Positions 53,498-63,759 of a stretch of DNA of 64,000 nt are shown here, one piece after another. The position numbers and the translations under genes are program-made. Numbering within the stretch: position 1 is the first letter of the stretch; every line of letters begins with the position of its first letter. The notes below the pieces were generated by a model that was not told where the DNA came from, did not search any database, and was given only the letters and a program-made list of their open reading frames with translations. The stretch spans positions 288,001 to 352,000 of the forward strand of contig OZ244742.1 in assembly GCA_965219415.1 (NCBI GenBank). Direction: 5' to 3'. Source of the stretch: Candidatus Marinacidobacterales bacterium. GTDB taxonomy: Bacteria > Acidobacteriota > Vicinamibacteria > Marinacidobacterales > DATDRI01.

Positions 53498-54529
53498 CTA
53501 ATCAATGTGGCCAGACGCCTCTAGAGCCCTGGATAAGAACCGGGCCATGGCCACGCCGTCCATAACGTTGAAAGGGAACTTCGCGGTCGAGTAATGCCCA
53601 CAAGGCAAGACGAGTTTCTGGTGGCGTATTCCCAAACGCTCGAAGTCCGACACCAGCCGTCTTGACTCGTCCGGCGGAAACGACAAATCGTAGCGGGCGT
53701 AGACAAGCATCACCTCCCGCCCACTCCCATTGAGTCGCTGGTAGTAGCTTCGAGGACTGATGGGGAGCCACAGTTGCCGAAGCTCTTCGAGTTCGATTCC
53801 CTCCTCCAGACCTTGTCGCACGTGACGCGTGGAGATGCCTCGCCAAACCACGTCAGCAAAGTATGGCGAGACGTGGTTCATCACTCCAGTTCGTAGCCGC
53901 CGGTCGTGTGCCAGCGTGATGAATGCGATCGCCGAGCCCAGGCTGGTTCCGATAATACCGATCGGGCCATAGCCCTCTTCCTCGAGCCAAGTGACCGCTG
54001 CGCGCGCTTCGAGTACAGCTTGCCGGCAAGCCTGCAGCGTGCGGCCCAGGTTCGGACTCAACATGTAGTCGGCGCGAGTGAGCTCATCGGGCATCCTTGG
54101 CCCGTGGTAAGGCAGGGTCAGGCGAAGCGCCGTCAACCCAAAAAGATTCAGGAGCCGGCACAACCCGGCCTGTGCTGCCTCTTTGGCGTTCCATTGAGGG
54201 AGTACGAGTACCGCCGGCCCCTTACCTGCCACCGGGAAGAGAGTGCCTCGGGCCACATTGTTCTCGTGGTATCGAGTCTGGACAGGGCTTGCGAACGTGA
54301 GCTCGGAGCCGTGCAATCGGAAGTCCGAAACTGAGACCACCGGAAAATAGGTCTCGGTCTCGACCAGTACCTCCTCGACATGCCGATGAACAAAGGCCCG
54401 TGCTTCGGCTCCCGAGAGCATGCCATCTCCCAAGAATTCAGTACCCCAGTCGAAGGGAAGCACCCTTCGCTCGGGGTCGTCCTTCTCGGCCAACCGCCTT
54501 TCCCAGGCGTGAAAGAAACCGCGTATCAA
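53498..54529 (-). CDS. Alpha/beta hydrolase (ABHD18-like)
   Basis: LPYHG.R, GTSLG nucleophile elbow, CGHYS. Confidence 0.75.
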   Translation of the reverse strand: MIRGFFHAWERRLAEKDDPERRVLPFDWGTEFLGDGMLSGAEARAFVHRHVEEVLVETETYFPVVSVSDFRLHGSELTFASPVQTRYHENNVARGTLFPVAGKGPAVLVLPQWNAKEAAQAGLCRLLNLFGLTALRLTLPYHGPRMPDELTRADYMLSPNLGRTLQACRQAVLEARAAVTWLEEEGYGPIGIIGTSLGSAIAFITLAHDRRLRTGVMNHVSPYFADVVWRGISTRHVRQGLEEGIELEELRQLWLPISPRSYYQRLNGSGREVMLVYARYDLSFPPDESRRLVSDFERLGIRHQKLVLPCGHYSTAKFPFNVMDGVAMARFLSRALEASGHID

Positions 54530-54608
54530 ACGGACTCACTCCTTCCGAGCGGCATGATAGAAGACTCGGCACCAGCCTCCAAGTCTATTTCCCAACAGGC
54601 CCGTACTT

Positions 54609-55190
54609 ATGACCATGCTATACTCGCCGGCCGATGTCGCGGGCCGAACCCATCGTCGCCGCCTTGTTTCTCATGCTTACCTTCTCGCAAGCGACGGTCG
54701 ACGCTCGGGGTTAGTGGCCGGAGTCGGCATCGCTCACGAGGTTTTTGGCGGCGTGGCGGACCGACAGTTTCTCCTGCTCGGAGGGCAACACGGCTGCATC
54801 TTCACCAACGCGATCGGGCCGGCTTTCTTGAAGGGGCATATGGAGGTCGGAGGGGAAATCTATCCGGTGTTCCTCATGTTTCAAGATCCAACCACTTACG
54901 GCTTTACCTTCACGCTTTTGTTTCGCCACTACATGGCCCCCACATCCAAAGTGAAGCCTTTTCTCTCCTTCGCATTGGGAACCCTGCTCTCGGTAGATCC
55001 AATCCCAGCCGAGTCGAGCCATCTCAACTTCACGACTCAGCTCGGACTCGGCGTCATGTGGTTCCACAAACCCCGTCTTGCCTATTTACTCGAGTATCGA
55101 GTGCAGCACCTCTCAAACAACTCGTTGTCGACGGTCAATCCAGGCATTAATTCGAGCTACATCCAGTTCGGAGTCGCCGTTTTTCGCTAG
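54609..55190 (+). CDS. PagL-like lipid A deacylase / acyloxyacyl hydrolase beta-barrel (start uncertain)
   Basis: NFTTQLGLG, YRVQHLSN, NPGIN motifs. Confidence 0.65.
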   Translation: MTMLYSPADVAGRTHRRRLVSHAYLLASDGRRSGLVAGVGIAHEVFGGVADRQFLLLGGQHGCIFTNAIGPAFLKGHMEVGGEIYPVFLMFQDPTTYGFTFTLLFRHYMAPTSKVKPFLSFALGTLLSVDPIPAESSHLNFTTQLGLGVMWFHKPRLAYLLEYRVQHLSNNSLSTVNPGINSSYIQFGVAVFR

Positions 55191-55251
55191 CACACCGAGC
55201 CGCGGTTGGCGGCTCATTTGACCCTCTAGCGCCACCGCCCTACCATGCCCC

Positions 55252-57129
55252 ATGCTCATCTGATCCAAATGTGGCGACCGATTCGATCCCGGCGCTCGTG
55301 TCTGCCCCAAGGACGCCACGCCCTTGATAGATGCCCCTATCGGCGAAGTACTAGCGGGCAAGTACCGAATAGACGGACTGCTCAAAACGGGCGGGATGGG
55401 AGCCGTCTACCGTGCCATCCACGTCATGCTCCAGAAACCGATCGCGGTGAAGCTCATCAAACCGGAGCTGGTCACATCGCAAGACACCATCCAGCGTTTT
55501 CATCGAGAGGCTCGATCCGCCAGTCAGTTGAACCACCCGAACATTGTCACCATCCACCGACCTCGGAAAAACCGAGGACGGAACGCTGTACATCGCTATG
55601 GAGCTCGTGCCGGGGATTAGTCTGAAGGAGCTGGTCAAGAAAGAAGGACCGCTTCGACCGGATCGAGCCGTCCGCCTCGCGAAGGTGATTAATAGTGCTT
55701 TGTCTCTCGCACACCGCAACCAAATCATTCACCGCGGTCCAAAGCCGCAAAACATCATGGTCTGGCAAGACAGTGATGGACGAGAACAACCCAAGCTCTT
55801 GGACTTCGGCATAGCCAAGATGTTCGAGAGCGAGGGCCCAGCTCTGACATCGACTGGACTCGTATTAGGCACGCCTCACTACATGTCGCCCGAGCAGGCT
55901 GAAGGCACAACCGTGGACGGCCGCAGCGATCTTTACGACGCTGGGAATCATCTTGTACGAGATGTTGGGCGGGCAAGTTCCCTTCAATGACACATCGATT
56001 CCAGCCATATTGGTAAAGCATCTCAATGAGTCACCTCGACCACTAACCGAGCTCCGGCCGGACCTCGATCCTGCGCTAGAAGCGATCGTTCTTCGCTGCC
56101 TGGAAAAGCAAGCGGACAAGCGTTATCAGAGCGCGGACGAGCTCGCGCAGGCGCTGGCCGCGGCTGAGTCCGGCCGCGGGGATTCTAGCGTGGAGTCCCG
56201 CCTTCCACCGATCCCACCGTCACCGGAGGAGACTGTTCAAACTTCCCCTACCCTCGACGCGAAGACGACAACCGAGGGCGGCTTGGCCACGCAACCCGCG
56301 ACCCAGCCCACGGTACGAGCGACGCGGCAAGTGGGCTCGCAAGTCGCCCAGACGCCGAAGACTTCAAGAAAGGGCCTCGCCATCTTCATCGGCCTCGTAG
56401 CCATTTTGCTCTGCGCACTTGGCGGGCTAGCTCTATGGGGGCTCGGAACGTTTTTCGGAGACCCGCCCGAGAAGGAAGAAGCCGCCGCTTCGCCTGACCT
56501 AAAAGAGGCAGCTCCTCGAGGCACCCCGGCCAAGGCTCCGCCGGCCTCACCCGGCGAAACCATCGACGACGCACCCATGGCTGCAGGTGGCGCTTCCGCG
56601 GACGCTTCCCAAGAGCTCGCAACGCCGTCTTCGGCCTCGGCGGCGGGTAGCAACACCCCCGCCAGTGTTGAGCCACCTGGTGGCGGCGGCGTCACATCCT
56701 GCGAGCCCTCCCGCTCAGGTGCAAACCGACGCGCCACCTCCTCTTCCGGCCAGTCCTCCCGTCCACCATCGCTGTGAGGGTCTCTCCGACGCATGCTCCT
56801 CGATCAGGAGCGCGCTACAAAAGTCGTTCGAACGAGCAGGACTACCCGTTGCGCCTGTCAGCTAAGCCGAGATAGTTCTCTTGATATACACAGAAGAGAT
56901 TGACTCGAGGACGGAGGAACAGTTCGGCACGACCTTCGTGGTTCGGACCTACTCCGTGGAGGCTTCCGCAGAAGCCCCACGATTCGGTGAGCCCCTCAAT
57001 ATGCCGCCACCAGAGGTTTTCAGTTTCGATACGCGTTTCGGTCGCGAGAAGCTCAACGAGCGCTCGCGAGTCGTGAGCGACACGCTCACCGAAACGATAC
57101 TATCTTACTGGTCGAAGCGGGCTCACTAG
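55252..57129 (+). pseudogene. Zn-ribbon + Ser/Thr kinase + TM + extracellular domain, multiply disrupted
   Basis: TGA at codon 4 (55261); GGMGAVY, AVK; frameshifts ~55557, ~55937, ~56720; HRGPKPQN replaces HRDLKP.N; in-frame TAA at 56863. Confidence 0.8.
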
Positions 57130-58201
57130 GACGGGGGGAACCCGCATCACCCTATTGTCGATCATCTCCCGCAGGGCAGCGACAGACAGACCCCAGTTGC
57201 CACTTCCGGTTCCGCCGGAAGGGTCGAAGTCACCGCCCACGACGACTCCGATGACCGTGCCGTCCTGCGTAAAGATAGGGCTGCCGCTCATGCCAGGCGC
57301 GATGCCGCGACCGATTTCCAGATATCTGCCGGCCCGGACGTCGCCCAGGACGTCCTCAATGAGCCGCGCTCTTGGCCTTTCCACATCGGTCGAGAGAGCC
57401 GGAAAACCAAAGACCGCGATACGCATGCCACGGCTCAATTGCGCCAAATCAGATTCTTCGGCCAACCGGAGCGGAGCCAAGGGTGTCCCGGGCACTACTT
57501 GAAGGAGTTGCTACGTCATGTTCGAAGTTTCCGGGCTGGTACGCTGGGTGCGAATAGGCCTCCAAGACAGGAATCGGATCTGAAGCCGCATCGGTGAGAA
57601 GCGCAATCGCGCGGGCCTCCCCTCCCGTCGAGAAAACCTCATTCTTCTCGAGCTCTTCCACGACATGGGCGGTCGTGGCGAGCAGCCCGTTGGAGCCAAT
57701 GGCAAAGCCGGAGGCCACGACCCGCCGCTCGCCTTTCTGCTCCAGCGCGATGAGGTAGACCGATCGGGACACGGAAGCGGCGGTAGGCCGGAACCCCTCG
57801 TTCGCATGCCGCAACCCCCGGTAACCGAGGAATCCGAGCGCGATAACGACCACCACCAGCGCGCCGAGCGGCAGCGCAAGCGACCGCTGCGGAATTGCCA
57901 CCGTAAGGAGCGGTGCACCCCCGAAGCCGAGCCGATCGCCGTCGCGTAGTCTTTCCTGTCTCCCCGGTACCAAACGAACGCTGTTGACGAAGGTCCCGTT
58001 CGTCGACTCGAGATCGGTTAGCCACCAGCCCCGGTCTCGACGAACCAACTCCGCATGATGCCCACTGGTCGTCGGTGATTCGGACTCCGCGAGGACGAGC
58101 TCGTTGTCGCGGCTGCGGCCGACCCGCACTTGCGTCTCGGAGTAACGAAGCATCTCGCCGCGACGCTTGCCAGCGAGGAAACGTAGTTGGATATCAGGCA
58201 T
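57100..58201 (-). pseudogene. FHA + TM + trypsin-like serine protease, frameshifted at ~57505
   Basis: GRSRDN, SGHHA, DLESTNGT; catalytic TAHV, HDVA, GMSGSP. Confidence 0.8.
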
Positions 58202-59303
58202 CGACTCAGGTGCGAACAAAGAAAGGCGCGGGTGTGCCCGCGCCCATCACTCAGTGCTCGCTCGGCTCTTCAAGAACTGCCGAGCCGCTCCTCGCGGCTC
58301 GGCCGGCCGCTTCGGGTTTCACCCCGCGCGGCGGCTGAAGGCCCCGCCTCGCCCCCGGCCGAATCGTCCGCACTCAGGCTGCTTCGAGGGAATCAGATGA
58401 GCCAGTATCACTTCGAAGCTGTTCCCCCTGGCTCAGTTCCTCCTAGCCGGGCGGTTAGGGTTTGCGCACCAAGTCTTTCGCTTTTGCGGCGCCACTGAAG
58501 CTTATGATCGAGAATCGCTCCTTGACGTCGACCACCTCGCCCTGACCGGTCTCGGTCTCATCCACGCCCAAGATCTGCCCTGTATCTGGATCTACTAGCG
58601 CTTCACCGACGCTGATGATCTTGAAGGTGTCACCGACCTTCAGGCCGGACATCGAGCCCATATTGACCCAAGCACGATCGCCTTCGACTTTGATGATCTT
58701 CCCCTCGCCCCCTCCGGCGGCGCCGCTACCGGGACTCAAACACGAGGCGTATTTCTTTTTGTTGAACTCTTTGACCACGGCGAAAGCCGCCTTCTGGAGA
58801 GCTTCGCTGGCGATGCCCCACTCGGCTTCGCGGCTGAGGCTCGCACCCTTGTAGAAGCCGCCGCCCTTTTTCACGTCACCGTCGGCGGATACCGCGACCA
58901 GCCGCTCGGCGGTGGTCGTGTCGATGAAGCGCATATTGATGGTCGCCTCGGCCTTGGTGTACTTGCCGCCGATGCCACCGTATCCGCCCTTGGTCGTGTT
59001 GATCGCAAACTCGTCCACCGCACCGGTGAGAATGTACTTGATCCCCAGCACCTTCCCAACCTTGGCCGCAGTCTGCCGATCGAGAGCGCCCGACGTAGCC
59101 AAACCCTGCTCCTTCAGCACCATGTCGAGCTTCTCCCGCTCGATCACGCTGAACTGAGCCGACAAGGTCTCATCTTCAAAAAACGCGGTGTCGATGAAAT
59201 TTCTGGCCGCGGGGCCGAGGTCGTTGTAGAACCACCAGCGCTGCTCGGCATTGTTCTCGAAGTCCCAAATGGCGATTCGGATCTTCGCCTGGGCATGCGC
59301 CTG

Positions 59304-60738
59304 GAGTCAAGCCCATTCTTAGTTGAAACTCTCCACGGCTCACGTTTAAGCGACCTTCTTCTTCGATACGGTTGATGTCTTCGCCTCGATCTTCAGTTCC
59401 CGCTTGAGAGCTTCGCGAAGCTTGGGAAGATGGCGGCAGCCCACCACCTTCCTCAAGCGCGGTTCGATGTCTACGAGCGCCGTTGCCAACCAGCGCTGGC
59501 GTTGGCTCGAGTTCTTCCAGTGGTCGACCTTCGCGCAGCGTTCCTCGACGAGAGCATTGACGGACTCAAGGCAGTTCGTCGTCTTGAACGAACGGCCCAG
59601 CACCGCGTGCACGCCGAGTCGATGCAACGTCAGCGTCTCCTCGAGGCCTTCCTCCAGGCTGCCAGCTGCGGATTGGTTCCGCTCTTCTAACTCACCGTGG
59701 AGTTGCTCGAGCGCAGTGAGGGCCTCTTCGTACTCCGGCCTGTTGTAGGCCCACTGGAGCCGCTTGCGCCATGACGCCTGCTCGCCCTTGGACAGGTAGC
59801 TCACTACGTTTTCACGTTTGTGCCACTGGCAGCGTTGTATCAGGGCCCGCTTACGGAATGCCTTCTTGACTGCCGCTTGGAGACCCTTGCCGCCGTCGAT
59901 GATCACCAGCAGACCCTGGGAGATATCGAGTCCCCGCTCGAGCAGTGAACGCAGGAACAGCGTCAACACCTGCGCGTTCTCCGTGTTCGTCTCCACGAAG
60001 CCCAAGAAGCGTTTTTCCCCGCAAAGCGTGATGCCCAGAGCCACGACCATCGTTGCCTCGGCGAATGTCTTCCCATCCAGAAACAGCGCCACCACATCCT
60101 CGCCGGTCAGATCCCGTTCCTGCATCTCCCGCAGCTTCGCAGCGCTCGCTTGCACGAACCCTCGGGACACCGTTGAGCTCGACAGCCCGATGGCGCCCGG
60201 AATCGCTTCCGCTGCCGCCTCGTAGTTGCGACAAGAGATTCCGTAGAGAACTCGTTTCAGCAGAAGATCATTCACCTCACCGCCGTGGCTCACCGCCTCG
60301 TAGCAGCGAAGCGGAATCTCTCCTCCCTCGATGCTCCGAACCCGTGGCACACGGATCGGTACCCGCTGGCCGCCAAGCCCTACCGTGCCCGGGTTGCTTC
60401 CGGGACGGCGACCGCGCTCCAGCTCGTCCTTGCGAGAGTATCGCTCTCCCGCCAACGCCTTCACTTCGTCGTCGAGCAACTCGTGAACGTGCATTAGACC
60501 AAGGGGGACCAACCAACGGATCATCTCTACCTTGGCGTCCAGCGCGAGTTCCCCGTAATCCTCGTGCCTCACCATCTCGACCTCACCCAAACGACGCGAC
60601 TTCTTGCGTTTCTTGACCGAACGTAGCAGACTTCCCATCTCGGCTCCTTTCTTCGCGGCTTGATTTTGTTTTGTCCAACGCCATCAAACCACGGGGTTTG
60701 GAGCCGTTTCAATTCCCAACTAAGATTGGCACACTTTC
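59304..60738 (-). mobile_element. IS256-family element type A, copy 2 (1435 bp)
   Basis: Near-identical to 25898-27332; perfect 8-bp direct repeat TGCGCCTG at 59296-59303 and 60739-60746. Confidence 0.93.
59346..60638 (-). CDS. IS256-family transposase
   Basis: Differs from copy 1 at 3 visible residues (D>N, P>L, Y>C). Confidence 0.9.
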   Translation of the reverse strand: MGSLLRSVKKRKKSRRLGEVEMVRHEDYGELALDAKVEMIRWLVPLGLMHVHELLDDEVKALAGERYSRKDELERGRRPGSNPGTVGLGGQRVPIRVPRVRSIEGGEIPLRCYEAVSHGGEVNDLLLKRVLYGISCRNYEAAAEAIPGAIGLSSSTVSRGFVQASAAKLREMQERDLTGEDVVALFLDGKTFAEATMVVALGITLCGEKRFLGFVETNTENAQVLTLFLRSLLERGLDISQGLLVIIDGGKGLQAAVKKAFRKRALIQRCQWHKRENVVSYLSKGEQASWRKRLQWAYNRPEYEEALTALEQLHGELEERNQSAAGSLEEGLEETLTLHRLGVHAVLGRSFKTTNCLESVNALVEERCAKVDHWKNSSQRQRWLATALVDIEPRLRKVVGCRHLPKLREALKRELKIEAKTSTVSKKKVA

Positions 60739-60867
60739 TGCGCCTGCGCGGGGAACAAGATGGCCGCTAGCGCGAAGACTGCCACCGATCCCAGGAACAA
60801 CTTTTTCCGCTCCGGTGTCGGAAATTGCCTCATCGTCCTTCCTCCTTGACGGTTTGAACACATCGTC

Positions 60868-61544
60868 CTACGTGAACTCCTTGGTGAACTGCCCCTGAAT
60901 AATGACGTTTTTTCCAGAGATCTCTATATAACCCTGCCGATGAAGATCACTAATCATTCGGGAGACCGTCTCCCGGGTAGCCCCGATCATATTGGCATCT
61001 CCTGATGGGTAGGGCGCCGGAAACAAATGCGACCGTCCTTGAGGCGCGTACCGTCCTCCTTGGCCATTTCCAGGAGTACGCTGGCGACCCGTCCATAAAC
61101 ATCCAGCAAGGCGAGACTCCCGATTTGGTGGTTGGCTTTCCGCAAGCGAGAGGACAAAACCGCCAACAGCAAAACCAGAACACGCGGTCGTTTTTCTACG
61201 ATCGACAAGAATTCCCTTTGATGGAGGATCACCACCTCGGTATCCTCCATCGCGATGGCGGTGGCGGAGCGGGGCTCATTGTCGAGCAGGCTCATCTCCC
61301 CAAAGAAATCCTTCTCTCCCAAAACGGACAGAATGATCTCGCGGCCATCGTCGGAGAGGATGGTCACCTTGACCCGCCCGCTCAAGATCATGAACAACGA
61401 GTCACCGGGATCGTGCTCGAAGAAGATGACCGAGTCTTTCGGAAATTTGCGGCGGGTCGCAACAGCTAGGAGGCTATCGAGGTCCCCTTCATCCAAATCA
61501 GCGAAAAGCGGGACTTACCGGAAGAGATCGGCGCTGAGGCTCAA
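60868..61544 (-). pseudogene. Crp/Fnr-family regulator; in-frame TAA (61515-61517) and frameshift (~60997)
   Basis: TTG start overlaps upstream TGA; LFR*VPLFADL, FFGEMSL..EPRSATA; HTH GATRETVSR in shifted frame. Confidence 0.85.
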
Positions 61545-62890
61545 GGAATGACTCTCCTTACCAAGGAATCGGCGGCTGCCACGCCCTCGACCCCAGCGAC
61601 AAACTGCCGCGGATTGAACCGGCCTGACGAATCCAGCGACAACAACCCCAGGGAGACGGTCAAGGCCACCGGTCGATAGTTCAAGTTGCCGGGCGGAACA
61701 TCGGTAATCGATACCCGCGGGGTCTCCCTCGGAACCGCGCCGGGGGCCAAGGCGCTCATCGCACCCGACAATGCCACCGCCAGATCGGCACGTCTAACCA
61801 ACGCTCGAGGTTGAAAGGTATGGTTGGGATAAACCTCTAGGATGCCGGCCGCCACGACCTCGCGGATGAACGGTCGTGCCCAGCTGTCACCCATATCGGT
61901 CGCGATGACACTAGCGCGACGGGGAGCGTCTCCGAAGGCGGGGCGTAGCTTTACGAAGAGGAGCGCCGCTAACTGTTCACGGGAGAGCTGGGCCGATTCG
62001 GCGATCGAGAAGTATTGCGAAGGAAGACTTTCGTGCTCGAACGCGCGTTTGGTTTGCTGATAGAGCGTGGCGATCGATCGATCGTCCGGGCTTCTAAACA
62101 TGGCTTGCCGATAAGCCTCTAGAGCGAGCTCCAGATCTCCCATCGCACGAAGGGCGTCTCCTCTCAACCGGTAGGCCTCGACGTTTCTCGGCTCCAACTC
62201 GATGGCTTGCGCCGCGTGTTCGGCCGCGGGTTGGGGCTCGCCGGCGGCCAACTCAACCTTGGCGACTTCCACGGCAAGACCACTCGCTTCAGGGGCGATC
62301 TTGAGGGCCTGACGATAAACGGCGGCGGCTTCCCGATAGTTGTTCTTGTCTCTGAGAGAACGGGCCTCCTGAAGCTTGGTCTCCGCGAGCTTGAGCTGAA
62401 GTGTCGGCATGTATTCCTTGATCAAAGGACTGTCGGGATGATCCCGGCTCAGTAATCGCAGGCGCTCGAAGGCAGCCTCCTCGTGGTCCGCGGCGAGCGC
62501 GGCAAGGAACCATCCCACTTGCGCGGCGGCCATCTTGGGCTCCTTCTCGAGCGCCACGACGAACCGGTTCTCTGCCGTTTGGCGATTTCCCATGCGGAGC
62601 TCGAGGTAACCGATTACCGCATCGAGCGAGGGGTTGTCCCGATGCTGACGACCGAGTCCTTCCAGCAAACGCGCCGACGTCGCGAGTTCGCCTGTAAGCA
62701 GCGCCTGCCAGCCTTGTTCGAACGTCGCCCGATCCGCGGAGGAAAGACCGGCCGGGGCGGCCTGGAACTGCCCCGCGGCGTAGCTCCAACCAGGGACCGG
62801 TGCTGGAGTATACGTTCGAACCGGGGCACACCCGTAGACATGGATCAACGCAAACGCGGAACTCAACAGAATCGCACCACGCCGCCACAC
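61541..62890 (-). CDS. TPR lipoprotein with C-terminal SLH-like domain
   Basis: Lipobox-like VYGC, TPRs, DSWARPFI...GILEVYPNHTFQP...RADLA. Confidence 0.72.
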   Translation of the reverse strand: MWRRGAILLSSAFALIHVYGCAPVRTYTPAPVPGWSYAAGQFQAAPAGLSSADRATFEQGWQALLTGELATSARLLEGLGRQHRDNPSLDAVIGYLELRMGNRQTAENRFVVALEKEPKMAAAQVGWFLAALAADHEEAAFERLRLLSRDHPDSPLIKEYMPTLQLKLAETKLQEARSLRDKNNYREAAAVYRQALKIAPEASGLAVEVAKVELAAGEPQPAAEHAAQAIELEPRNVEAYRLRGDALRAMGDLELALEAYRQAMFRSPDDRSIATLYQQTKRAFEHESLPSQYFSIAESAQLSREQLAALLFVKLRPAFGDAPRRASVIATDMGDSWARPFIREVVAAGILEVYPNHTFQPRALVRRADLAVALSGAMSALAPGAVPRETPRVSITDVPPGNLNYRPVALTVSLGLLSLDSSGRFNPRQFVAGVEGVAAADSLVRRVIP

Positions 62891-63009
62891 AGCTTTCGGT
62901 TCTCTGAGTGTGATGGAGGCCCCGCTCAGGCTTTTTTTTTCACTTGACGGATTCAGTGGAGGTGTCCAGCCCCTACGACGAGTTATTCTATGCCCACACC
63001 GCTGCTAAG

Positions 63010-63654
63010 TCAAGGCAGAGACTCGCCTACAAGTGCTTGACGCACCTCATCGAAATCGACTGGCCCGGCCCGGAGAAGCAAGGGCTCGACACCCTGAAGG
63101 TCGACGATTGTCGAGGGCGAAGTGCCAGACGTGCGGCCGCCATCCAAGATCAGATCCAGTCGAGGCTCGAAAAACTCGGCCACTTCATCCGCCGTTTGTG
63201 CGGGAGGTTTTCCGCTCTCGTTGGCGCTAGTAGCGATCAGCGGACATCCGGAGGCGCGTGGCAGTTCGCGCGCCACTGCCAGGCCACTGACGCGCACGGC
63301 GACGCTCGCTTCGCCACCCAAAACTTGTCGGAGAGGGGCCCGTAGCGAAACGACGACCGTCAAAGGGCCAGGCCAGAAGCGTTCTGCCAGCAGGCGAACC
63401 GACGCTGGAATGGGAGCGCAAAGGGTGGCGAGCTGATCGAGACCGTACAGCACGACCGGCAGCTGCCTTTCGCTTCCTCGACCCTTGATAACGAAGATTC
63501 TCTCCCGCGCCACGTTGTTGAAGGCGTCCGCTCCCAACCCGTAGGACGTCTCGGTGGGGTATCCGATGACCGCGCCTCGTTGCAGAAGCCCGGCCGCGTG
63601 CCTCATGACATCTGGCTCCGGCGATTCCGGGTTAATTTTGATACGGTCCGACAA
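63010..63654 (-). CDS. tsaC: L-threonylcarbamoyladenylate synthase (TsaC/YrdC/Sua5)
   Basis: YPTETSYGL, KGR, FWPGPLT, TSANESG, PSTIVD. Confidence 0.92.
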   Translation of the reverse strand: MSDRIKINPESPEPDVMRHAAGLLQRGAVIGYPTETSYGLGADAFNNVARERIFVIKGRGSERQLPVVLYGLDQLATLCAPIPASVRLLAERFWPGPLTVVVSLRAPLRQVLGGEASVAVRVSGLAVARELPRASGCPLIATSANESGKPPAQTADEVAEFFEPRLDLILDGGRTSGTSPSTIVDLQGVEPLLLRAGPVDFDEVRQALVGESLP

Positions 63655-63759
63655 CTGTCGTCTCCCTCCTGCTCCGTGATGACGCGTGAGTCTAGCTGAT
63701 TCAAGGGTTTACCGTGCTATAATAACGCTGTTCCCTCTGGCAGAGAGCCAATCCTTCAG

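Larger units (their letters stand above)
58455..60833 (-). pseudogene. CsgG/HfaB family protein with FlgT-like C-terminus, interrupted by IS256 copy 2
   Basis: Removing the IS and one TGCGCCTG restores MRQFP...LFPAQAHAQAKIRIAIWDFENN...FSVIEREKL..VLKEQ in frame; RBS AGGAGG upstream. Confidence 0.85.

Noticed and set aside
25898-60738. Composite transposon bounded by the two type A IS copies
   Set aside because: Each copy has its own target duplication, the outer flanks do not match each other, and the enclosed DNA is core chromosome.
62925-62940. GCC-loop-GGC plus T9 run as an intrinsic terminator
   Set aside because: The stem is very weak and the T-run is on the strand opposite the flanking genes.
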